From Rhina ancylostomus (taxonomy: Eukaryota), in assembly GCA_030265395.1 (NCBI GenBank), contig JARFYF010000118.1, positions 23,602,137 to 23,666,136 of the forward strand: a DNA stretch of 64,000 nucleotides. The letters run 5' to 3'. This document shows positions 1-12,699 of the stretch, in pieces. Position 1 is the first letter of the stretch, and each line of letters begins with the position of its first letter. A model generated the notes under the pieces. The model searched no databases and had not been told where the DNA came from. It saw nothing but the letters and a program-made list of their open reading frames with translations. The position numbers and the translations under genes are program-made.

Positions 1-840
1 ACAGGAAGGAGATAGAGAGCTTAGTGACATCGTGTCATGACAACAATCGTCCCCTCAAATGTCAGCAAAAAAAAAGAGCTGGTCATTGACTTCAGGAAGG
101 GGGGCAGTGCACATGCACCTGTCTACATCAATGGTGCTGAGGTCTGAGAGGTTTGAGAGCTTCAAGATCCTAGGAGTGAACATCACCAATTACCTGTCCT
201 GGTCCAACCAGGTAGACACCACGGCCAAGAAAGCTCACCAGTACCACCACTTCCTTAGGAGATTAAAGAAATTTGGCTCACCAACTTTTATCAATGCACC
301 AAAGAAAGCATCGTATCTGGATGCATCACGGCTTGGTATGGCAACTGCTCTACTCGGAACCGCAAAAAACTGCACAGAGTTGTGGACACAGCCTAGTACA
401 TCACAGAAACCAACCTCCCCTCCATGGATTCAGTCTATACTCCTCGCTGCCTCGGTGAAGCAGCCAGCATAGTCAAAGACCCTATCCATCTGGAACATTC
501 TCTCTTCTCCTCTCTCAGGAGATATAGGAGCCTGAGGGCACATACCACCAGGCTCAAGGACAGTTTCTATCCCGCTGCTATAAGACTATTGAATGGCTCT
601 GTTATACGATAAGATGGACTCTTGACCTCACAATCTACCTTGTTAATGATCTTGCACCTTATTGTCTCCCTGCACTGCACTTCCTCTGTCACTGTGATAC
701 TTTACTCTGTATTCTGTTATTGTTTTACCTTGTACTACCTCAATGCACTGTGTAATAAATTGACCTGTACGATCAGTTTGCAAGACAAGATTTTCCACTG
801 TCTCTTGGTACACGTGACAATGATAAACCAATTCCAATCC
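1..840 (+). mobile_element. Rex1/Babar-type LINE, degenerate 3' part (RT C-terminus plus 3' UTR)
   Basis: Frameshifted peptides ESFKILGVNIT..LSWS, KKAHQ..FLRRLKKF and RYRSLRAHTTRLKDSFYPAAIRLLN, followed by a tail ending ataaaccaattccaat. Confidence 0.85.
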
Positions 841-861
841 TCAGTCAGTCTGGCCTGTACT

Positions 862-978
862 TGAGTCCAGATCACCCATGTGATTGAATGGAAGTTCTTC
901 GGCCAGACACATTGACTTTTGTTTCTCTCTCCACGAATGCTGCCCATCCTGTCGAGTGTTTGTAGTACTTTCTGTTTT
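862..978 (+). mobile_element. Old, degenerate Penelope terminal-repeat arm
   Basis: tttctctctccacgaatgctgcccatcctgtcgagtg resembles the arm at 28755-28800. Confidence 0.5.
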
Positions 979-1726
979 CACTACCAATGTGGTTGGCTCT
1001 TCACCATCATCTGAAATGACCCAACATGCCATTCAATTCAAGGGGAAATGAGTGACAGAAAATAAGCAACATGAACAAAATTATGTGATACCCAACTATA
1101 GTGCAATCCTTACTCCAACACTCACTTCCTTGTCAATAGCCTCCTGTGACCACATGGTTGCAGCACCATCTTGCTAGCAGAATAAACTGAAGGTAGTGTG
1201 TGAAGAATTGCAAGCCAAACAACATGCCAACAACCTCTTCTTCCCCACTGCAGGAGCTGAGATGTAGCCTTACACTGACTTGGTCTAATCAAAGCAGCAC
1301 TATTTATTGCCCACTTTAAGATCATGGTGTATTAGGATGGATTGGCTTGGCTGCTAAAGTGCTGGCAATGTTGTTTTGGGCATCTTTTGCACCGCTCCCC
1401 CTCCTGCAAATGCTGATGCATATAAATAAAAGGCACAAACTGAAACATCCAAAGACTGGCAGTTCGGATTGCAAACTATAGTTTCCAATGTCCCCAGCCC
1501 TGCTAAAGAGGTACTGGCCTGCCACTGTCCCTCTTGTCTGTCATTTTCATCCCAAGGACCCAACACTGGAACTCCCTCACACACCCATCTCCTCCCTCGC
1601 AGGGTTTCATTCAGTTGAGTAGCAGCCAGCAATACTGAAGGATGCAGAAGAGGCTGAGATTTCCTTAAACTTACACCTCACAAATGGAGGTGGAGAAGGA
1701 GAGGCAAGCTGTGCTCTAAATATGCT

Positions 1727-1863
1727 AAAAGCAAACTGCTGGAGAAACTCAACAGGTCAGGCAGTGTCTGTAGAGAGAAATAGATAGTTGATGTTTGGGT
1801 TGAGAGTCCAGATGAAGAGTCTCAACCTGAAATGTTGACTGCCCATTTCTCTCCACAGATGCT
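1727..1863. mobile_element. Palindromic Penelope-derived element (two inverted terminal-repeat arms) with decayed hammerhead core
   Basis: Left arm gcagtgtctgtagagagaaatag is inverted relative to right arm catttctctccacagatgc. Centre reads agtc-cagatga-agagtctcaacct-gaaat-gtt-gact. Confidence 0.75.
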
Positions 1864-1989
1864 CTACTCTGCTTCCTATTAGCTCTTTAATCTCCCCCTA
1901 CTCTGCTTCCTGTTAGGTCTCCATTCCATGTTCTCAGTCTCTGTCATATCTGCACTAATCCCACTTTGATCTTTAAATTCCCCATGGTT

Positions 1990-2575
1990 TCCCCTCTATG
2001 GTAGTGGACGAGATTGAACTCTCAGCCACATCTGTTCCATTTCCTGCATTTCTGCTCTCACCCTGATGAGGGACAGGATTTCCCGTGCTCTCAGCTTCCA
2101 CCCCGCCGGCCCCCACATTCAATGGATCATCCTCCATAATTTCAAACGTGTCCCAGTGTAACGCATCACCATGCTGGGCATCACTTCTCCCATCTCACCG
2201 GTACCCACTGCCCCGCCCACACCACCTTCCCATGTAACACTTGCCCTTTTACCTCTTCTTTTCCCACCATCCCGAGACCCAAACACTTCCCCCAAGTAAA
2301 GCAGTGATAAACTTGCAGCTCCTCCAATATAGAGCAATACATTTGATGTGCATGATGTGATTTCCTCTGCACTGGAGAAACCAAACACAGTGCTCTAACT
2401 ATAAGGTCGATCCTGAGCTCGTCAATTTAATTCTGCACCGCACTCTGACCTATCACTCTAACTTCCTACAAGGTCTCAATCTTAGTTCAAGGAGTAATGC
2501 CTAATCTTCTAATGTGGTACATTACAGCCTTCAAGTCTCGACATTGAATTCAATGGTTTCAGATAATCAGCCATT
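1990..2575 (+). mobile_element. Degenerate Penelope-like ORF 3' end (GIY-YIG region)
   Basis: Colinear with 27878-28425 (ttcccatgtaac, ctctgcactggagaaaccaaac, ending acattgaattcaatggtttcagataa). Confidence 0.7.
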
Positions 2576-3400
2576 CCAAACTTGTATCTTCTACTTGCAA
2601 TAATATTTTTCCCCTCCCTCATCGTTGTATGTCAGACTTCATACAAGNNNNNNNNNNNNNNNNNNNNNNNNNNNNNNNNNNNNNNNNNNNNNNNNNNNNN
2701 NNNNNNNNNNNNNNNNNNNNNNNNNNNNNNNNNNNNNNNNNNNNNNNCAGCATTAAATTGGAAGGCCTAGAGCTAAGTAACATACTGAATTAAATCCTTG
2801 GCTTCTCCACTCCTCACAACACAGACTACACCTTCTTACCTACAAACAACTTATTCAATTTCCCCAAACCACCCTCTCCTCCCCCATGCCCCCCAAATAA
2901 TGTAGACATTCTCCACTCAAGTTCTCTTCATCCAGTAGTCTCCCCTTTCCTCACCAACCATTTTGCACTCTGCTTGAAGTGGTGATAATGAATCCAGGTA
3001 AGTTACTCTAAAGTTCCTCCACATCATCAGCCATAGCTCCAACTGAGCCTTGGGAAAAGAAGATTTGGTAGCATATTTGTGTGTAGTAATGTACAACTCC
3101 TGGTAAGCTAACTAAATTTTGACATGGTGGGATAACCAGAAAATGTGTTATTCTGTTGCATCAATTTTATTCCAGCATATCGTTTAGGTTGCACTGGGTC
3201 TTCAGGGCAATTATTGTTTACACTGGATGCTGCTTGGGATAAGTCGGAAGAACAACTTTTTATACAACATCTTTCATTTTCTCAAGAGGACTCAATATCA
3301 TTAATCAATTCTGGAGTGAAATCATTATTGTGTACAAGTCAAACATGCTAGACAGTCTATGCACATCAGCATAAAACAGCAAAGCTTACACATGCAACAT

Positions 3401-3497
3401 GAGCAAAAAAAAACTGCTGGAGGAATTCAGCGGGTCAAGCAGCATCTGTGGGGGGAAAGAATTGTCGACATTTTAGGTCGAAAGCCTGCATCAGTTC
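3401..3497 (-). mobile_element. Penelope terminal-repeat arm with decayed hammerhead core
   Basis: ctgctggaggaattcagcgggtcaagcagcatctgtgg. The minus strand reads ctgatgcaggctttcgacctaaaatgtcgac. Confidence 0.75.
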
Positions 3498-3506
3498 AGC
3501 ACCTGA

Positions 3507-4895
3507 CAGATTGATGGAGGATGTCAAGAAAATTCCACAGAAGTACAGTGCAGAAATGGCATTCCAAGAAAAAATATTGACTAATCTCAATAGAAAGTTG
3601 AACTGAGAGGAAAGAAATGAGGTAGTTCAGCTCCAGTAACAAAAAACATTGATCCCACAAAAGTCAGAGCTACCACTGAACTGTCATGCAAGGCAATGAA
3701 TTCACATAAATTGATACAGTTATTAACAGGACCAGCTAGAAAATTCACTTGCAAGGGAGGAATATGCAATAGTTCTTAGGCAGCACTCTGGAAAGATTCA
3801 ATCAGATAGTAAACTGAGGAACTGAACCATAGCAAAATATATAGTTTGAAGTTTGTTTTTGATGTTGGTTAGTTAATCCTAGATGAGAAACAAAGAGGTT
3901 AGCATTGGCCTTTAAGGTGGCAACCTTCACTCACTCGTGTCTCTCAGCTGTGTCAAATGTTTGCATGCTTAAGCCTCTTTCCAGAGATGGAGCACTATTT
4001 AGGATCAAAGTTGACTGGAATACTGAGGAAGCAATACACTGTCAAAGATGCCATCTGTCAGATGAAATATTAAATTGAGGATCCATCCTCTTAGATAGAT
4101 GTAAGACCTCATGGTGCAACCTGAAGAACATGGAAGTTCTGGCCAAGATTTAAACCTCAGCTGACATTATCAAGCTAATTCATTTGAACTACCTCATTTG
4201 TTTCCTCTCAGTTCCACCTTCTATTTAGATCAGTCAATATTTTTTCTTGGAATGGCACTGCTGCCCTGCACCTCTGTGGAATTTTCTTGACATCCTCCAT
4301 CAATCTGCCATATGCTATTATTTTGTAGGTTCTGTCCACTGGAACAGAAGATTTCAAAATCAATTCACGTGTGATTGGTTAGCTCATGGTTGAATTGCAT
4401 GCTACTACTTACTGTCTAGGTTCAAATGAAAAATGTTTTTTTTGGCAAGATACTAGTGGGCTGGCAGTACCCATGCATTTCCAGTATGTTAGCCTCTCTG
4501 CAAGAAAATTAGCACAGAAAATTCGTAGTTGGCCTATAGTTAAACACAATGTGTCTTTTAGTGAACTAACATGAATAGAAGATCCTATGGCACTTATGAA
4601 GCTGCACAGGGTGTTCTCCGATACAGTTTTATGACTACAGTTCATTTGGAAAGAAGTGTCTGATGCAAAAGTATAAAACTGACATGGGACTGGCCCAAAT
4701 GAAGCCATTCTAGAAATTCTATGAGATGACATTAGCAACTCTGAATGAAGTAGCTGAGGATCCAATTCTAGTATATGATGGATTGATGGAGCATGTCAAG
4801 GAAATTCCACAGAGGTTCACAGCAGGGCGGAAATGCCATTCCAAGAAAAAATATCGACTGATCTGAATAGAAAGTGGAACTGAGAGGGAACAAAA
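3507..4895. repeat. Three local copies of a ~120-bp sequence: 3507-3629 (+), 4185-4307 (-), 4781-4895 (+)
   Basis: All share gattgatggag.atgtcaag.aaattccacag...attccaagaaaaaatat.gact.atct.aatagaa.gt.gaactgagagg. Copies 1 and 2 differ at 11 of 123 positions by manual count. Confidence 0.95.
3925..4200 (+). mobile_element. DeuSINE (SacSINE1/AmnSINE-like) remnant
   Basis: Deu-domain-like tactgaggaagcaatacactgtcaaagatgccatctgtcagatgaaatattaaattgagg. Confidence 0.65.
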
Positions 4896-5657
4896 TATAT
4901 TATTCACGCATTAATGCAACTAATGTATGACGTGCTTCACTTCCTGTATTACATATTAACGAATTTCCAAAATTGCTGTTTGCACAGGAAAGCATAATGG
5001 ATTATTCAGGTAGCAAAGTAATTCTGCTAGTTTGCATATTAAGAAATGGAGTTGGTTGCAATATGATATCTAATTAAATGATTCTGGTGACTTTGTATAT
5101 GCGAAGATTTAATATATACAATAATGCAATAGATCGACATCTCAAAGTCAACTGGATAATCATGTAAGAAAATAGAAGACAACCAGAAATGTCTTCAAGG
5201 CAGAATTCTGAGTGAGTTAGATAGTTTATATGCATATTCTTACATGCATGTTATGTGCCATCTGACTGCAGTATTAAGGCAGTTGTCAGGGGATAAGGGC
5301 CTCCTTCAGCTGGGGGCCTGGCGAGTTAAGGGAACTGGTGTTGTAGAATCAAAGGTTTGGAGAATTGTGACTTTGGGAGAAATCAGGGCTAACAGGAATG
5401 CTACAGGAAAAAAAAAGTCACAATGTCCATCTGATGCAGAAATTATAGAAAATCCTTATAACAACCTAAGTAAAGCATGATGTATGACTGAGAATGCTGA
5501 TTACANNNNNNNNNNNNNNNNNNNNNNNNNNNNNNNNNNNNNNNNNNNNNNNNNNNNNNNNNNNNNNNNNNNNNNNNNNNNNNNNNNNNNNNNNNNNNNN
5601 NNNNNNNNNNNNNNNNNNNNNNNNNNNNNNNNNNNNNNNNNNNNNNNNNNNNNNNNC

Positions 5658-5930
5658 CACCAGACTCAGGGGTAGCTTCTATCCCGTGATTGAATGATCC
5701 CCTAGTATGATAAGGACACATTCTTGACCTCACAATCTACCTCGTTATGGCATTGCACCTTATTGTCTGCCTGCACTGCACTTTCCCTGCAACTATAGCA
5801 CTTTATTCAGTATTCTGTTGTCCTACGGCAATGCACTGATGTGATGAAATGATCTATATGGATGCTTGCAAAACAATGTTTTTCACTGTATCTCAGTGCA
5901 TGTGACAATAATAAACCAATTTACCAATTT
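5658..5930 (+). mobile_element. Rex1/Babar LINE 3' end
   Basis: TRLRGSFYP peptide and a 3' UTR near-identical to 545-840. Confidence 0.85.
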
Positions 5931-6189
5931 ATTTTCAATTGTGTAGCACTAAAAAGAAATGAATAAATTATCAAGTATATAACTAGGTGGGCCAAAAATG
6001 TTCCTATTCATTCCGAGTCTCAATATGTGCACCATAATTTTGAACTAATCAAAGTACCTTAGAATGCACCACAATTCCACTTGTTGTATTCAAGTTCACT
6101 GTAAACACTCTAAAAAAAAACACTCACTATTCTCAAATGTAAGAATCTTCACAATTAAACTCCTGCCAACTGTCTGATAACCCCTCTCC

Positions 6190-6610
6190 TCTACATGAGG
6201 CACTGCCTCAAGAAGGCAATATCTATTATCAAAGATTCCCACCATCTGGGCCATGCCATCTTCTCACAGCTACCATCAGGCAGGAGGTACAGAAGCCTGA
6301 AGTCCCATACCACCAGGTTCAAGAACAGCTATTTCCCTTTAACCATTCAGTTCCAGAACCAACCTGCACAGCCCTAATCACTACCTCAGTATAGCAACAC
6401 TAAGACAATTTTGCTCTACAATGGACTTTGCTTTTTCTTTGATTCTTTTTTTGTTCTAATTATGTTCTCTTGTAAAAACTGTGTACAATTTATGTTTTTC
6501 TTGTGAATGTTGTGTATCTGATGTTATATGTCTGTGATGCTGCTGCAAATAGGGTTCTTATTTCACTTGTGCTTACATGTACTTGTGCATATGACAATAA
6601 ACTTGACTTT
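6190..6610 (+). mobile_element. Rex1/Babar LINE 3' end, second subfamily
   Basis: RHCLKKAISIIKDSHHLGHAIFSQLPSGRRYRSLKSHTTRFKNSYFP, tail gacaataaacttgac. The same UTR recurs at 21925-22072 and 62430-62490. Confidence 0.85.
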
Positions 6611-8265
6611 TACTATCCCAAATTCCCTTGTGCAGATCTTTAGAATTATGGTCTATTATGCCTTTCCAGAGTGTCCAGTGAAATACAGTATATTTAATAA
6701 TCTCAGTCAACCTAGATCTCTGATACTGATTTCCATTCCTAAATTTATTGGTTGTTCGTGAAGAAGATAATCATGCCGGTTTCAATGAAACCTTCCAAAT
6801 ATCCATTATTCTGCAGTAATAACAAATCTGTTTTTTTGATCTTTCATTTAAAACTTGTTCACTTTAAACCCGTGCATCCGAGCTGACAAACCCAGCTGAA
6901 AATCCTGACAATTAATAGTCTAAATTGAGTAAAATATCCTATACTGGATAAGATTGTTGTGAGCATTGGGAGATCTGTGTTAGCTCCATGTCTTCAAGGT
7001 AAGCATGCCTTGGACCATCTTGACAAAGGCATATGGATGGGGGTAGGCTTCTGAGCAGATCATCAATGTTTGTTTAAACCAATGTCAAGCTACTCAACTA
7101 AATTGTTGCCTTAACTTGAGGAATGACATTTTTAAGTGAACCTTTCATAAAAAAGGATAGAGGTTAGAACTAATGAAATAATAGGAAGGGCAAGGACTTA
7201 GTGACGCCAACTCTCAACGTGGAGACGGGCTATAATTTCCTTCTCAAGAAATGAGTTGTACAGTCTAAAAGGTTTAGTTAGCAAGACATGCTTCTGTGGG
7301 GAATTTCATTAAATGACAAAAAGGAAAGGTATTAAGTGCACATAATGAAGGCAGGAGTAGGTACACTGCCTTAAGACACTTCTCTTCGTGTGGTGTAATG
7401 GGAGGCATGAACTCTAACTTCAAATCCATTTCTAATTCATTTGAAAGACTGCAGCAAATTATCTGCCTTCAATGCGAAAGCACCAAACCAATTTCCTCAA
7501 AATAGAAGTGACAATACTATAGAATTTATCACCATAACCTTGACTCAGAGGTTGTGTGGCATGCTGAAACCCTACACAAAGAGCAGTGAATAAGGGTCGG
7601 CGATAATAAACACAAGGGGAGACTCAGTAAAAATGATTAAAAAATCTGGTGGCAGAAAAAGATTGTCCAAGAGCAACATGGATCTATCACTTTACAAAGT
7701 GTAGTTTGCGGTCAATAGCAGTCAAAGTGTATGAGGGGTTTTCAATTCATTTCAGTACTGGAATCATTAATTGCACAAATAACCTCTAATGTCTTTTGAC
7801 AATTTAAGGCTTTTGAGTATTTTTCCCCCATGTGGCTATGTATTGCAGCTAGAAGCATATCAAAAGGTTTCTAAATTACAAAATAACCAGTACACTGCAA
7901 TTAAGACCAATATTCGTATCTTAATGATAGCCTTTTGTGCTCTTAATAAATGTTTTATATAAACCATGCCGCAGGGAGATACAGTGTTATGAGTGTGGTC
8001 AAAGGACAACAGTTTAGAAGCTATATATGAAAATTGTTAAAAATTGAAACAAACTACATTCAAAAATATCTGAACTTAATGATTTTTTTCATATATCAAC
8101 AGTAATATTTATCCTAACCTGTTTATGTTCATATAAATAATAATACAAACAAGAGTAAACCATTCATTTAGATTGTGGTTCACCTGTACTTCAGCTATAT
8201 TTAACTCCCTTTATTCCAAATCCTCTGATCCCCTTGACCAACACAACAGCTTGGTTAAGATTTTG

Positions 8266-8560
8266 GACAGCATGGTGACAACAGTTGGATTAAATTCTGA
8301 CCTCCACTGCTGTCTGCATGGAGTTTGCACATTCTCCCTATAACAAGGTGGGTTTTCTCTGGGTGTACCACAAGCTAAACACATGTGGGTTGATAGGTTA
8401 ACTGGCCATTGTCAATTTGTACTTGAATGATAGAATCTAGGGGCAGTTGAAGGGAACATGGGAGAACTAAAAGTGGGATTAGTGTAGGGTTAGTGTAAAT
8501 GGTGATAAATGGCATAGACAGTGGGTGAAGGTCCTATTTATGCATTGTACATTCTATGCT
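8266..8560 (+). mobile_element. HE1-type V-SINE with CR1-derived tail
   Basis: V-domain gctgtctgcatggagtttgcacattctccc...gggttttctctggg, and 3' end gaaggtcctattttatgcattgtacattctatg. Confidence 0.75.
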
Positions 8561-8806
8561 GTNNNNNNNNNNNNNNNNNNNNNNNNNNNNNNNNNNNNNN
8601 NNNNNNNNNNNNNNNNNNNNNNNNNNNNNNNNNNNNNNNNNNNNNNNNNNNNNNNNNNNNNNNNNNNNNNNNNNNNNNNNNNNNNNNNNNNNNNNNNNNN
8701 NNNNNNNNNNNNNNNNNNNNNNNNNNNNNNNNNNNNNNNNNNNNNNNNNNNNNNNNNNNNNNNNNNNNNNTGACTTTCTTTATCTTCTGTTGACGTAAGC
8801 ACGCCC

Positions 8807-8833
<27 letters not shown>
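8807..8833. repeat. (CA)n microsatellite
   Basis: Directly visible. Confidence 0.95.
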
Positions 8834-8837
<4 letters not shown>

Positions 8838-9414
8838 TTAAAGGAACCTTACTAATAGTCCTAGTCCGTAACAGTAGTATAAAGGTATGGAATTACTACA
8901 ATTATTTTTGAACCCATCCTTGAAGTCCTAAAAGCATTGTTGACCTCCTTATTCATGCAGCAGGTGCAATCAAGGTTCACAATGCAAAATGATGGATTTT
9001 TGGGCACAGATAAGGACATATTAGGACATGGATATAGTGTAGGAAAAGGCATGACATTCCCACGGCAATTATTTGAAAAATATGCCCTATAATACATAAC
9101 TGAGTGTGAAATGGTTGCTGTGTTTTTTCAATTAACACCTGAAAATAATTTATCTCTGAACTACTTTGAGATAATTCAGGTAAACAATGACAATGCAATA
9201 TCTAAATACAACTTCTTGCTAAGTGTCTTCCCTTCATCAGGTCTGGATCTCATGGTTTAATTCATAGGACACTTGGCAAACATACAGGAAGCACTGATGT
9301 TGCTCTGAAATAGACTTCAGGGATTTATAAACATTGCACCTGGGCCACTGCCTACTTTTCTATCCTATCAACCTTATCTTTGATGTTGGAGTTTCTGATA
9401 AATATAGAAATAAG

Positions 9415-9700
9415 TAACATGCATATTTATGGCATTACTAACATCCTCAGGACACTTAAAGTTAATTATTCACCAGTGAATTGGAGTGTGGGTTACAATG
9501 TATGAAAATGTGACAGGCAATTGACAAGGTTCCGTAATCTGCAAAGTAGTGAACAAACAATTAATCTTGATATTGGTTGAAGGATTAATATTGACCAAGA
9601 CAGCAGGAGAACACTAATGTCTGTATTTGAATAATGCTAAGGGAACCCTGAACTCTACATGAGGTGATAGGGCTTGGTATAGCATCCATGGGATTTTGCC
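9415..9700 (-). mobile_element. DeuSINE remnant
   Basis: Reverse Deu domain: ttggttgaaggattaatattgaccaagacagcaggagaac...tttgaataatgc. Confidence 0.6.
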
Positions 9701-10873
9701 ATTTGATACATTCAACATGAAGCCCTGCAGCATTATAATGTATCCGTTGTGGAACAGCAAGACCACTAATGGCACAAAAGCACCAAATAAGAAACAACAT
9801 TCTATTCAGGAATTTATTTCCAGATAGAATGAATAGATCAATTACCATTAAATAAGAAATAAATTAAAACTTATTGAAATGGAAAATTCATTTGTGCGAC
9901 AAGTCTTGCAAAGTTAATGCATCCTACTTAACTAATTTCAAATTGCAAAGAGGAAAAAGTTGAGTACCTGTGCTGCCTAATTCTTTATGCAAGAATTGGA
10001 AACAGATGGTAAATACGTTCCATATGGAGATATTTTATTCTTCTTATTGGTTCAGGACAAACACAAACCATCTCATTTGGGCCCAAGTCTATTAAATCAC
10101 ATGAAGGGCCGAATATGTTTCCATGTCTCAATGTGTTCAATTAATAATTATAACATATAATTATCCCAGCTCCTAATTTCTATCTATTGGAACACTGAGG
10201 GCACAAATCATTAGATCAGCAAGGGAATCTCACAAGTGGATTTATATATCATCATTTGAATACTTGGATTAATAGTACAGGTTAGCAAGCAGGAGGAGGG
10301 TGGGCTGCTGCTCGAGGTAGAAGAAAGCAGTTCAGAGGAGAAGACAAATGTAGATGTACTTTAAATATAACCAAATGTCTGGAGCAACTTTTGAAATCCT
10401 AGATCAGCAGCTAATTTAGATTAGCAACTATAAGAGTGATGGGTGAGTGGCTGATACTAAATTCCATTCAATACTTTACTGCTCTATCATCTTATCCTTC
10501 AATAAGCAAAGTACTTCATAAATAAGCTAACAATATCTTTTGGAATAACAAAGCAAACAACAATTTTCGTAAAAACTATCATCAGATAAGTAATTCTACA
10601 AAAATAGCCAAAGGCCATTCTTATGTTGAAATAAGGTAGTCCCATGCCTCAGACAAAAAGATCATGATCCAACCATGTTTCTTCACCCGGGCCACCAATT
10701 GTCAGATTCAAAGTTGTAACTGATGGAGTGCAGCATGAGGCAAAGGTTGTTTGAAAGGACGGCAGGGGCAGAAGTGGTACAAACATGAAGAGAAAGATTA
10801 GGAAGATTCAGCACTTTAAGAGAAAAGGAGAAAACAAGAGAGAAAAGTGATTCCTTTTTCTGTTGCTAGTATT

Positions 10874-11041
10874 ATAGAACCATAGAACAATACAGCACAA
10901 TAGAGGCCCTTTAGCCCACCATGTTGTGCTGCACGAGCTAACCCTTTCCTCCCGCATTCCTCCAATATGCCTATCCAACAATCTCTTGAACCTGTCCAAC
11001 GTATCTGCCTCCACCACCACCCCAGGCAGTGCATTCCATGC
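10874..11041 (-). mobile_element. Young CR1/HER1 LINE 3' end
   Basis: tagaaccatagaacaatacagcacaatagaggccc tail and VVEADTLDRFKRLLDRH. The same tail occurs at 32585, 40546-40681 and 56825. Confidence 0.85.
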
Positions 11042-11141
11042 NNNNNNNNNNNNNNNNNNNNNNNNNNNNNNNNNNNNNNNNNNNNNNNNNNNNNNNNNNN
11101 NNNNNNNNNNNNNNNNNNNNNNNNNNNNNNNNNNNNNNNNN

Positions 11142-11342
11142 CGAGTGTCGTCGGAAGCCCCGACACAAGATGGTGCAGGGCACTCCTTCTTTGTTGGGCT
11201 AGTGGAGCCCGCGCGCGGGAAGGTCGCATGACGTCAGCGTGGGAACTGTGTTTATTAAAGGGGCAGTGCACCCCAGTCGTTCATTCGACTCGGACTTCAA
11301 ACAAGTGTCTTGTGTCTTTATTCAGTGTAGCTAGCCACTACA
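11142..11342 (+). mobile_element. CpG-rich LTR 3' portion, probably a young solo LTR (5' end lost in a gap)
   Basis: Abruptly high CpG content, ATTAAA signal, and a terminus ...agtgtagctagccactACA. Perfect CRE TGACGTCA at 11229-11236. Confidence 0.6.
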
Positions 11343-11539
11343 ATATATCATTAATTCCAAAAGTCATCAATTTAAGAGAGATAGGAAATAAGCCTCTGAA
11401 TTCACCAAGAATCATGATGCTGTTTAAAAATATAAGCATTGTTTAAGACAGCACCAAAACGCATAATTGACCTTTTCTTTCCCTCAAAAGGGCCATGATC
11501 AATATATTTTGGACAGACAACCATATACAACATGGAAAC

Positions 11540-11955
11540 TTTGGGGGAAATAAAAAGTTGATTCAGCCCTTTGAACATGCCCAATCAATCTGAGCAGAGT
11601 TGATAGTCTATCTCCATACCATATTCCTACCTTCTCCTCATATCCTATATGTCTTTTATGTCAAGAAATCTATCATCTCCTTCTTAAATATATTCAACAA
11701 CCTGGCTTCCGCAGCTTGCTATTTTCACCACCCAATGAATAAGATATTTATCTACATCTCAACCTTTCAATGTCTTACTCTGCATCCTGAAATTGTGACC
11801 CCTGATTCAAGATACCCCAGCCATGGAAGAATCTTAAGACCTTCTCTCTCAATCTTCTAAACTCAAGTGAACACAGATCTAGCTGATCTAATCTTTGTTT
11901 ATACAACAGTCCTGTCGTCCCAGGAATCTGTCTGGTGAATCTTGTTGTAGTTCCC
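11540..11955 (-). mobile_element. Old CR1 fragment
   Basis: YKQRLDQLDLCSLEFRRLR-like peptide and CR1 3' UTR. Confidence 0.7.
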
Positions 11956-11964
11956 TGTTTTTTT

Positions 11965-12495
11965 CCCCCGAACATTGAATTCTCCCACTTTAAGTAATCC
12001 CTAGTTCTCTTCTCCACAACACCCTCCCCCCCACCATGCTTCTTTTCTTCTTCCCTTTCCTTGCCTCTCTCTCGTCTCTACCCCATTTCTTCCTTCTCTC
12101 CTTACCTTTGACTCATCCCCTGGCAGATATGCTCTCCACTCCTCCCCCGCACCTGCCTATCACTATCTTTTACCTGCATCTACCTATTACCACCTTGTGG
12201 CCACCCTGCCTCCCCTCTTTTGTCCACCTACCACTACTCTGCTTTTTCCCTCCTATATATTGGGCTTCCCCTTTTCCTATCTTCAGTCCTGAAGAAGGNN
12301 NNNNNNNNNNNNNNNNNNNNNNNNNNNNNNNNNNNNNNNNNNNNNNNNNNNNNNNNNNNNNNNNNNNNNNNNNNNNNNNNNNNNNNNNNNNNNNNNNNCC
12401 TGAAGAAGGGTCCTGACCAGAAACGTTGACCGCCTGCTTTTCTCCATGGATGCTGCCTGGCCTGCTGAGTTCCTCCAGCATCATAGTGTTTTTCA
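11965..12495 (+). mobile_element. Penelope-like element 3' end (ORF end, pyrimidine-rich UTR, terminal repeat)
   Basis: aacattgaattctcccactttaagtaa encodes NIEFSHFK*. Terminal repeat gatgctgcctggcctgctgagttcctccagca. Confidence 0.8.
12399..12431 (+). ncRNA. Minimal type I hammerhead ribozyme motif
   Basis: CTGAAGA-a-GGGTC ct GACCA-GAAAC-GTT-gac. The 5' stem I strand (agtc) is visible before the gap at ~12285. Confidence 0.6.
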
Positions 12496-12699
12496 CCCCA
12501 TTTTTTCCTCTTTTCTTCTCTCCTATTTTAAATAGTGGGGTTATATTTGCCACCCTCCAAGCTACAGGGACCCTTTGAAAATCTATAGAATTTTGGAAGA
12601 TGACTACCAATGCACCCATTTCCATGGCTACCTGGGATACAGATAATTGGGACTTCTCATCAATCAGTCCCATTAATTTCTCCTGCACTATTTTAAGGT

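Noticed and set aside
4185-4307. Triplicated unit as a C/D-box snoRNA
   Set aside because: The C box is imperfect (TTGATGG), there is no terminal stem, and copies lie in both orientations.
12288-12410. Direct repeats flanking N runs (also 23097-23352)
   Set aside because: Identical sequence on both sides of a gap is most simply contig-end overlap, an assembly artefact.
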